In this document: positions 1 through 8,006 of the stretch, in pieces
How the letters are laid out: each line of letters starts with the position of its first letter
Position numbering within the stretch: position 1 is the stretch's first letter
Assembly (NCBI RefSeq): GCF_006345805.1
Contig: NW_021827773.1
Coordinates: 1 to 10,070 of the forward strand
Reading direction: 5' to 3'
DNA length: 10,070 nt
From: Octopus sinensis
Taxonomy: Eukaryota
Position numbers and translations under genes: made by a program
Notes under the pieces: model-generated
The model's database searches: none
Seen by the model: only the letters and a program-made list of their open reading frames with translations
What the model was told of the DNA's origin: nothing

Positions 1-812
1 GGGCTTGATTTACCCCTTCAACTACAACATGTTGAGATCTGTCTGTCAGGAAACACTTGATCCATTTCAGTAACTTTCCAGAGACACCAAGTTGGATAGT
101 TTTTTTAATAGGATCTTGTGATCGACCCTGTCGAAGGCTTTACTGAAATCAAGGTAGATGACATCGGTGTTGGAGCCCTCTCCCAAAGCTCTCAAAATGT
201 CCTCAAAGTGATGCAGGAGCTGCGTTAGGCATCCCTTCCATTACGGAACCCATGTTGGTTGGAGATCAGCCGTCTGTTGCTTTCCAGGAATTGGTTATTC
301 GAGATCTCACCACCCTCTCAATACCTTGATGATATGAGAGTGTGAGTGAGATCGGACGGTAATTCACTGCAAGGGACTTGTTTCTCTTTTTGAAAACTGG
401 GACAACAGACTGGGACAGAAGGTTTTTTGGAATATAGCCAGCATCCAGTGAGTTTCTCCACAGATTAGCAAGGGAGATGCAAGTTGGTGTCGACACCCCT
501 TCAGGACACAAGCAGGGAACCTATCGGGGCCTACTGCTGAATTGTGTTTTATTTCGTTTATCGCCGCTAAGACATCAGGGGCACTAAACGTTATGTCCGA
601 TATAGTGTGTTGGGGTTGGACATCACTGATACAGCCCAGATCGGCCATATAGGATTGCTGAAAACAGAGCAGTATTGTTTCTGCAGTATCTCGGCCATGG
701 ATTTGGCATTATCTTGGAGAGTGCCAGTTTCGTCAATTAGAGGGCCTACAGTGGAGACAGTGACCCTGCGTTTCCTCGCAAATGAAAAGAACACTTTGGG
801 GTTGAGTTTGGG
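1..812 (-). mobile_element. 5'-truncated CR1/L2-group non-LTR retrotransposon fragment (ORF2 linker plus N-terminal RT), frameshifted, runs off the window start
   Basis: Manual minus-strand translation across frameshifts: KLNPKVFFSFARKRR..VGPLIDETGTLQDNAKSMAEILQKQYCSVFSNP..SAVGPDRFPACVLK..WRNSLDAGYIP..VVPVFKK..NYRPISLT(S)HIIKV.ERVVR..NQHGFRNGR.CLTQLLHHFEDILRALGEGSNTDVIYLDFSKAFDRVDHKILLKKL..KWIKCFLTDRSQHVVVEG. NYRPISLT, QHGFR and YLDFSKAFDRVDH are canonical CR1/Jockey-group RT motifs. Confidence 0.92.
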
Positions 813-918
813 GTTTTATATATATATAAAACTAATGTAGGATGAAAATGTTTTCGGGAAAAAATTTTTTATCAATCGCCAGCATATCAAAAAATACCTT
901 TAAAGGTTAAATTTATAA

Positions 919-1092
919 ATAATTTACAAGATAAGGGCAAAAGAAAAATTCTAATGCCAAATATGCCGAAAAAAAGAAATTTCTATCGGTTTGTTTCGAG
1001 ACGCATAAATTATAATGGTTATTGACAATTCTTGTCTTTTTTTCGGCATATTTGGCATTAGAATTTTTTTTTTGCCTTTATCTTGTAAATTA

Positions 1093-1093
<1 letters not shown>
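919..1093. repeat. Inverted repeat: 59-bp arms (919-977 and 1035-1093), 57-bp spacer
   Basis: ATAATTTACAAGATAAGGGCAAAAGAAAAATTCTAATGCCAAATATGCCGAAAAAAAGA matches the reverse complement of 1035-1093 at 57 of 59 positions. Confidence 0.93.
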
Positions 1094-1167
<74 letters not shown>

Positions 1168-1200
1168 TATGTATATATATAATATATATGTACACGTATA
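1091..1200. repeat. Imperfect (TA)n microsatellite
   Basis: Direct reading. It abuts the SINE at 1199 and is probably that SINE's expanded internal TA tract. Confidence 0.95.
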
Positions 1201-1344
1201 TACGACGGGCGTCTTTCAGTTTCCGTTTACCATATCCACTCACAAGGCTATAGTAGAAGACACTTGCCCAAGGTGCTACGCTGTGGGACTGAACCAGAAC
1301 CATGTGGTTGGTAAGCAAACTTCTTACCACCAGCCATTCCATAT
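1199..1344 (-). mobile_element. tRNA-derived SINE family 1, 5' portion only
   Basis: Reverse complement aligns with the head of the copy at 3423-3834 (GGTTCAGTCCCAC..CTTGGGCAAGTGTCTTCT.CTATAGCC..CTTGTGAGTGGAT.TGGTA.ACGGAAACTGAAAGA). It has a 17-bp internal deletion. Confidence 0.88.
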
Positions 1345-1417
1345 GTGCATGTGTATTTTTTGGTATTTTGTTCTGTATTTACCTCTCGCGTGTTTACGTA
1401 CTTTTCACTCGATGGTG

Positions 1418-1658
1418 AGGTCTTGTACTTAATGTGTACTTATATATAATATATATAATAAGTACACATTAGTACAAGACCTTAATATAATATATATATA
1501 TATATATAAGTACATCTTAAGTACAAGACCTTTATATCTATATATATATGTATATATATATATATATATAAGTACACACATTAAGTACAAGACCTTAATA
1601 TATATTATATTATATATCTATATATATATATATCAGTACACATTAAGTACAAGACCTT

Positions 1659-1704
<46 letters not shown>

Positions 1705-1815
1705 TACACATTAAGTACAAGACCTTAATATATATATATATATAATAAGTACACATAAGTACAAGACCTTAATATATATATATATATATATAAGACACAT
1801 TAAGTACAAGACCTT
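1418..1815. repeat. Complex minisatellite: 7 direct copies of AAGTACACATTAAGTACAAGACCTT separated by variable (TA)n, preceded by one inverted copy
   Basis: Direct units at about 1460, 1508, 1570, 1634, 1702, 1747 and 1792. Inverted copy AGGTCTTGTACTTAATGTGTACTT at 1418-1441. Confidence 0.93.
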
Positions 1816-1919
1816 TATATAATATATATATGTATATATAATATATATAGATATATATATATATATATATATATATTAGATATATTGTATGTATGTATAT
1901 ATATATAGATATATATATC
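1816..1919. repeat. Degenerate (TA)n tract
   Basis: Direct reading. Confidence 0.9.
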
Positions 1920-3259
1920 TGTTTAAGTAATGTAATAGGCAAATTGGCTAAAGTTGAATACACGAAACCGTGTAGTTTAATAAATGTATTTTTGTACTAA
2001 AGTATCTGGAAGAATTTTCTTTCTTTCTGTAGGCTCTGCTTCAACATGCAATATAATCCACAATCCCATTTTCGATATGCAAATACCAAAAGGGGGCCAA
2101 ATGAAATAATGTAAAGTAAAATAAAATAAAATAAAAAGAAAATAATCTTCTAGAAACAAATTAACAGACTGTTAACGTAGCAAATCATAGGAATTTAATG
2201 TGGTAAAAAACGGTGGGAATGGATATTTCATACATCTCAACTTTGTTACTTCATTGTTTTGAAGATTTAATTACAGTAATGCTGAAAAAAAGGAAGACAT
2301 TTTTGTGGCCTATGTGATCCCTGCATGTTCTAGCATACTAAGCAACCACAAAGGGAACATGCACCTTTGAGTTTACTGAAAAAGAAAGACTGCGATAAAA
2401 TAATAAAAGAAATATATTTATAATAGTGTTAGTATTTTCCTCCTCTTTCACCAAAGATTTCTTTCAGAGAATTTTCGGGAAAAAGTGGAATAGTTCTCAA
2501 AAGTACTTTTTTTTCAACATAATTGTAATGAAATCATTAAAATGTATGAGGAAAATAAAGTTAGGTGCATGAAATGTCTCTCTCCTCATTTTTAACATTA
2601 AGTTTGATATAATCATAATCTATACCATCTGAAAAGTACTAGTAGAAAATTTTATTTAAAAATACTAATTTTTCTGAAAGCTATGAGGAGACAAAAAATC
2701 GTGGGTCGGAGTGATACAGTTCTGTAGTTATATCCAATGGACATAAATTAAGCCAGTTCCCTTATTCGGCTTTCTGTTTCTTCAACAACGACCTCACAAA
2801 TATGAAAGGACACTGGAGTTAACATAATTTGCTTGACGCTGGATGAAACTTATATATTGTCGAAAATAGAGGGGCAAATATTTGGCGAGTGTCTTCTATA
2901 TAAAGAGACGTTAAAAATATATTAACCCGCAGTAAACTGAAAAGTCGTACTCCATAAGGTTTGTGGTTGAAGCGTATATTTGAAATATTCAATAATAAAA
3001 GTTATTTCAAAACCACGTATTGATAAGAATATATTAAAACTGGAATTTATAAAAATTTCCTAGACAGTATAGCTTTTAATAATTGCTTATTTTTAGTGAC
3101 AATTACATAATTCCAATTAATTAATAGGCTGATTTCTCCATTATAGTATATATATATATATTTTTTTTTCTCCCGTGCTTCAATACTTCATTGTTGCTTT
3201 TCGTTAAAGTGATATCAATGCAGCCATTGCATAATGCATTTTACATGGTTTTTAAAGAA

Positions 3260-3273
3260 TGTGTGTGTGTGCG

Positions 3274-3332
<59 letters not shown>
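3260..3332. repeat. (TG)n microsatellite
   Basis: Direct reading; two GC interruptions near the start. Confidence 0.97.
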
Positions 3333-3335
<3 letters not shown>

Positions 3336-3422
3336 TGATGTTGATTTGATTATGTGACTGAGTTTACTTACAAACATATACACATTTATGTACAGCAAAT
3401 TTACGTACACATATGCATACAC

Positions 3423-3834
3423 ATAGGCGCAGAAGTGGCTGTGTGGTAAGTAGCTTGCTAACCAACCACATGGTTCCGGGTTCAGTCCCACTGCGTGGCA
3501 TCTTGGGCAAGTGTCTTCTGCTATAGCCCCGGGCCGACCAATGCCTTGTGAGTGGATTTGGTAGACGGAAACTGAAAGAAGCCTGTCGTATATATGTATA
3601 TATATATATATGTATGTGTGTGTGTTTGTGTGTCTATGTTTGTTCCCCTAGCATTGCTTGACAACCGATGCTGGTGTGTTTACGTCCCCGTAACTTAGCG
3701 GTTCGGCAAAAAGAGACCGATAGAATAAGTACTGGGCTTACAAGAAGAATAAGTCCCGGGGTAGAGTTGCTCGACTAAAGGCGGTGCTCCAGCATGGCCG
3801 TAGTCAAATGACTGAAACAAGTAAAAGAGTAAAA
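3423..3834 (+). mobile_element. Full-length tRNA-derived SINE family 1 with internal (TA)n(TG)n tract
   Basis: Pol III A box TGGCTGTGTGG (3436-3446) and B-box-like GGTTCAGTCCC (3479-3489). CTTGGGCAAGT resembles the MIR/CORE-SINE segment. Internal microsatellite at about 3589-3630. 3' end GGCGGTGCTCCAGCATGGCC..GACTGAAACAAGTAAAAGAGTAAAA. Two more copies lie in this window (1199, 9015). Confidence 0.92.
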
Positions 3835-3930
3835 ACGCGTATATAGACATACACATATACATAAATAGATATATGTGCAAAAGTGTAAATGTAGGTTTAA
3901 ATATGTGTGCGGTAAAATATTCTTTTTTTA

Positions 3931-4268
<338 letters not shown>

Positions 4269-4486
4269 GGTTTCAAAGTTTGGCACAAGACCAGCAAGAT
4301 CGGAAAAGAGTATAAACCGATTACATCGACCCCAGATTTTTTAACTGGTACTTATTTTATTGACCCCGAAAGGATGGAAGGCAAAGTCACTCACGGCGCG
4401 GATTTTGAACGCAGATCGTAAAGACGGACAAAAAGCTGCTAAGCATTTTGTCTGGCGTACTAAAGATTATGCCAGCTAGCCCCCTT
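4269..4486 (-). mobile_element. tRNA-derived SINE family 2, copy B
   Basis: Same layout as copy A on + (TTTGGCACAAG..CAGCAA..ATCGACCCCAG..CTGGTACTTATTTTAT.GACCCCGAAAGGATG.AAGGCAAAGTC..TTTGAAC..CGTAAAGACG.AC..GCATTTTG..GCCAGCT). On minus, A box TGGCATAATC and B box GTTCAAAATCC. Confidence 0.85.
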
Positions 4487-4581
4487 AACAACAACAACAA
4501 CAACAACAACAACAAAAACAACAACAACAACAACAACAACAACTAAAACAACGACAACAATAATTAGAACGATGATAATAA
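4487..4581 (+). repeat. (AAC)n microsatellite ending in degenerate TAA units
   Basis: Direct reading: AAC units 4487-4560, then TAATTAGAACGATGATAATAA. Confidence 0.93.
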
Positions 4582-4980
4582 TTTTGGAATACAATTTGAC
4601 CAGAAGAAAAAAACGCACGATTAAAAGGCCCCTTGGACTGATAGAATATCTACTAACTTAGACTCCTTAGAAGAGTAAAAGTGGGAGAGTATCAAAGTAG
4701 AAGTTGTTAGAACTTCTCTCAGGAAATCAAGCAAATGGAAGTCTCCAAGAAAGGATAAAATTCCTAACTTCTGGATCAATGCCTTCTCAGAAGGTCATGA
4801 ACTGCTAACAAAACTTTACAACAATGTTTTGCAACAACTTAGTACGATTCCCCTTTGGCCAGTTAATGATGTTACATTTCTACTTAAAAAAAAATGAAGA
4901 AACAAATGAACCAAAGAATTATAGACCCATAACCTGCTTAACAACAATGTATAGAATACTAACATCTGTCTTGACTGAAT

Positions 4981-5286
4981 GTTTGTTTGTTCCTTCTCGA
5001 GCCATCCCTGGCTCATAAGGGCCGGTTTCCCGGTTTCCTTGGCGTATAGTTTTCCCACCTGGACGGGATGCCGGTCCATCGCAGATGAGCTGCAAAATGC
5101 AGGAGGAAAGAGTGCGAGAAAGTTGTGGCAAAAAAGTCAGCAGAAGTTCGCCATTACCTTCTGCCGGAGCCGCGTAGAGCTTAGGTGTTTCGTTCATAAA
5201 CACACACATCGCCCGGTCTGAGATTCGAACTCGCGATCCCTCGACCGCGAGTATGCTGCTCTAACCACTAGGCCATGTGCCTCCAC
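4981..5286 (-). mobile_element. tRNA-derived SINE family 3, full length (306 bp), with 11-bp target-site duplication
   Basis: A box TGGCCTAGTGG (5275-5265), B box GTTCGAATC (5230-5222), (AAAC)n-type tail. TSD CTTGACTGAAT (4970-4980) / CTTGATTGAAT (5287-5297). Removing it restores the LINE RT frame (SVLTE-YTYSF). Confidence 0.92.
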
Positions 5287-5700
5287 CTTGATTGAATACA
5301 CCTATAGTTTTTTTTTAATAGAATGTTGCATCTTCTTTAATGAGCAAAAGGTATGTAAACGTGGGCCTATGGTTGTAAAGATCAGCTACTCATCAATAAG
5401 ATGATCTTGGAAGATTGTCACAAACAACACAAGAACTTGTCGATAGCATGGAGAGACTATAAAAATGCTTTTGATGGTCTACCACATAACTGGTTAAGAA
5501 ATGTCTGGAAATGTATAAAATAACACATACTCTGCGAAACTTCTTCCTGTAAGTATGAAATAATGGAGAACTACAGTGACAATGAATCTCTCAATACTGG
5601 AGATGTAAGAATTTCATACGACATTTTCCAGAGTGACTCTCTATCACCACTCCTCTTTCGTATAGCTTTAATACCTCTCTAAAAATTGCTCGATGATGTA

Positions 5701-6989
5701 CGAGGGATGTTCAATAAGTAATGCCTCTGACCCACTTGCAGTTGTTTGATCTAGCTGAAATTTTGCGTGCAATCATTTATATCTCTATAGAGTAAGTGGC
5801 AAATTACAGCTCTGAATTAATTGTGGTCTCTGATTTACAGGTGTTTGAACCGAGTCAAGTGTGAAATGGAGCCTGTTGAGTGTCGAGCAGTGATCCGGTT
5901 TTTGTATTTGAAAGGACGCACACCACGGGAGACTTTTGATGAAATGAAAGTAACTTATGGTGATGATGCCCCATCATATGACCTTGTAAAACGCTGGCAT
6001 CGTGAATTCAAACATGGTCGGAACTCTGTGGAAACAGCTCCCAGATCTGGTCGCCCCCTTCTGCCATTGATGAGGCATCTGTCCGTCAAGTTGAGGCTGC
6101 CATTTTGGAAGATCGACGCATAATTATTCGCCAAATAGCCCATGAGGTTAAGATTAGTACCGGGTCTGTGGAAACTATCATTCATGACCATTTGCATATG
6201 CAAAAGGTGTCTGCCAGATGGATTCCCAGGTTGCTCACGCCTTTCCAGAAGCAAGAACGCGTCGAGTGCTCGAGGGTGAATTTGGAGATGTGCCAAGAAG
6301 ATGAGTCAAAATTTTTCAAAAGACTGATTACACAGGATGAAACCTGGGTCCATCACGATGATCCAGAGACCAAAGCCCAGTCAATGCAGTGGAAGCACCG
6401 TGACTCACCCCCTCCAAAGAAGGCAAGGGTGCAGCCCTCCGCTGGCAAGGTCATGCTAACAGTCTTCTGGGACCAGGACGGAGTAGTGATGACAGATTTC
6501 CTGGCAAAGGGTACCACAATTGCAGGAGCCTATTATGCTTCCCTTTTGAGGAAATTAAGAGAAGTTATCAAAATCAAGAGGCGGGGCAAGATCAGCAAAG
6601 GCATCCTCCTCCTGCAGGACAACGCTCCGATCCACAACTCGCTTGTCGCCAGATCAGAAGCACAGGCGTATGGCTATGAACTCCTCCCCATCCCCCCTAC
6701 GCTCCTGACCTTGCACCCTCTGATTTTCACCTCTTCCCAATCATGAAGTTGTTTTTGAAAGGAAAGCGTTTCCCAGATGATGCAGCCTTGATTTCTGAAG
6801 TCACGTTGAGGTTGGAGGACCAAGCTGGGTTCTTCTACAAAAACGGTCTCCAGAGCCGCATCAAACGATGGGAGAAATGCGTAACTCTGGGTGGTTCCTA
6901 TGTAGAAAAAGACTAATAACTGTGCCAAGTTTCGTTGCTCTACTGCTATGGGAAGTGGGTCAGGGGCATTACTTATTGAACGCCCCTCG
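5701..6989 (+). mobile_element. Full-length mariner (Tc1/mariner, DD34D) DNA transposon, 1289 bp, probably irritans-like
   Basis: 37-bp TIRs: CGAGGGATGTTCAATAAGTAATGCCTCTGACCCACTT (5701-5737) versus the reverse complement of 6953-6989, 3 mismatches. TA duplication at 5699-5700 and 6990-6991. The subfamily call rests on the CGAGGG TIR start and the WIPRLL motif (recalled knowledge). Confidence 0.96.
5866..6916 (+). pseudogene. Mariner transposase, 350 aa when two -1 frameshifts (about 6057 and 6689) are corrected
   Basis: MEPVECRAVIRFLYLKG..HTH..WIPRLL..LITQDETW..LLQDNAPIH..PHPPYAPDLAPSDFHLF..GGSYVEKD*. There are 34 residues between the 2nd and 3rd catalytic Asp and no in-frame stops in the corrected frame. 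Confidence 0.9.
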
Positions 6990-7422
6990 TACAATATGAC
7001 TATATAAAAGACCTATCAAAAACTGAGCAAGTATAAAGATCTTGAAATAGAAACTGGCAAAATGTGGAACCTCAAGATTAAAACAATACCTGTTGTCATA
7101 GGTGCTCTAGAAATGATTGCAAAAGGAATTGGTTACTACCTAGCCCAGATACCAGGAAATCCAAAAATGGAAGAAATTTAAAAAATAGTGCTCATGGGAA
7201 CTGCCCACATCCCACGTAAAATATTGTCTATGTAATCTCAAGTTTTAGAACAGACATAATTTTCTTGTGTTTTCTTAGACATTCTCTAGAACAATACTTT
7301 ATGCACCCCCCCCCCCCCCAGATATATGGCACCCTAGTCATAACATCAACTTGTTGTTTCTTGAGGTCTCTGGGTGAGACTTGGAGTCAACTCGTATAAA
7401 TACAAAGCAAAAGTCAAACATA

Positions 7423-7450
7423 TAATGATAATAATGGTAATAATGATAAT
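7423..7450 (+). repeat. Degenerate (TAA)n tail/target remnant
   Basis: ATAATGATAATAATGGTAATAATGATAAT directly after the LINE 3' UTR. Confidence 0.8.
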
Positions 7451-7983
7451 TCCCCGATGCAGTACCAGGTACTGGCTCTCATGGCTTCTAATCTTAACTG
7501 ACTTGAAGTGTTATCATGTACATTGTTTTGTCTTGGTATAAAAGATGGGCTACAGCAAATATTCTGATCAATACCACAGATTTGCTTGTCAGTTGTTTGA
7601 CCGTAACCAGTTGAGCATGTCCCTTAGTGGCTGACGATATGTGCATCTCTATCACAAGCAGAAGTAGAGGGGGAGCATCATAGCTATGTGTTGAGAGGTA
7701 TTCTTTGGGGTTTGAATAATTAATAATTCACCTCTAGAAACAACCCTTATTCCAGGACCTTTTGTGCGGAATAGGCTACTTGACGCGAAGAAAGTTCTAA
7801 CTGGGCCCCTCCTGCAAGGTCATGTGCTGTTTATCTTGATATGAGATCACCATGTCGTGCACATATGGTTGTAATGTATGTGTCTGGTGTACCTTTATCA
7901 GACAGGTAGTCATGATGGATATACTGGGCTTCGTATATTTGTACCCCAATATCACTTTGATGGTATGCGCTGCTCTCCCACTC
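7451..7983. mobile_element. 533-bp non-coding interspersed-repeat candidate flanked on both sides by TAA tracts
   Basis: It sits cleanly between two TAA tracts, is more GC-rich than the unique flanks, and has no recognisable ORF, pol III boxes or TIRs. I recall it as a common octopus repeat but cannot verify that here. Confidence 0.5.
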
Positions 7984-8006
7984 AATAATAATAATAATAA
8001 TAATAA
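7984..8006 (+). repeat. (AAT)n microsatellite
   Basis: Direct reading, about 7 units. Confidence 0.95.

Larger units (their letters stand above)
4582..7421 (+). mobile_element. R4/Dong-clade (RLE) non-LTR retrotransposon copy 1: 5'-truncated, internally deleted, interrupted by a SINE (4981-5286) and a mariner (5701-6989)
   Basis: Reconstructed protein: FWNTI..KSSKWKSP.KDKIPNFWINAF..KNYRPITCLTTMYRILTSVLTE [SINE] EQKVCKRGAYGCKDQLLINKMILED..LSIAW.DYKNAFDGLPHNW..IFQSDSLSPLLF.IALIPL*KLLDD [mariner] VQYDY // KTYQKLSKYKDLEIETGKMWNLKIKTIPVVIGALEMI..IPGNPKMEEI*KIVLMGTAHIPRKILSM* (stop 7233-7235). 3' UTR runs to about 7421. It has in-frame stops, so it is dead. Confidence 0.9.

Noticed and set aside
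813-870. 20-bp palindrome GTTTTATATATATATAAAAC as a possible Helitron-like 5' end
   Set aside because: There is no TC start and no matching hairpin-CTAG end downstream, and TA tracts are inherently palindromic.
1460-1815. CRISPR-like repeat-spacer appearance (about 25-bp repeats with variable spacers)
   Set aside because: The spacers are just (TA)n, the repeats carry indels, there are no cas genes, and the context is animal repeat DNA.
1022-1963. ORFs rich in YIYI
   Set aside because: They are translations of (TA)n tracts, which lack stops in some frames.
851-2484. 13-bp match TTTTCGGGAAAAA at 851 and 2472
   Set aside because: Short, mostly homopolymer, and does not extend.
2461-2680. Possible decayed TIRs (CTTTCAGA..TCTGAAAG)
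   Set aside because: Only about 9 of 10 bp match and the alignment collapses internally.
2897-2935. TATATAAAG with an Inr-like CAGT about 32 nt downstream
   Set aside because: Expected by chance in DNA this AT-rich, and no downstream gene evidence.
3416-3857. CATACACATA as a TSD for the SINE at 3423
   Set aside because: Low-complexity sequence, and the right copy is 13 nt away from the tail.
4919-5221. 96-aa and 80-aa ORFs on both strands
   Set aside because: They lie inside a TSD-flanked SINE and show no recognisable motifs.
5205-5286. tRNA gene (also heads at 3426-3495 and 4045-4130)
   Set aside because: A and B boxes are present, but there is no convincing cloverleaf and each continues into SINE body sequence.
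5955-6994. Minus-strand ORFs of 113 and 106 aa
   Set aside because: They are antisense shadows of the transposase frame.
7306-7319. C14 run as a functional G-quadruplex
   Set aside because: A homopolymer within a dead LINE 3' UTR; its length is unreliable and nothing supports function.
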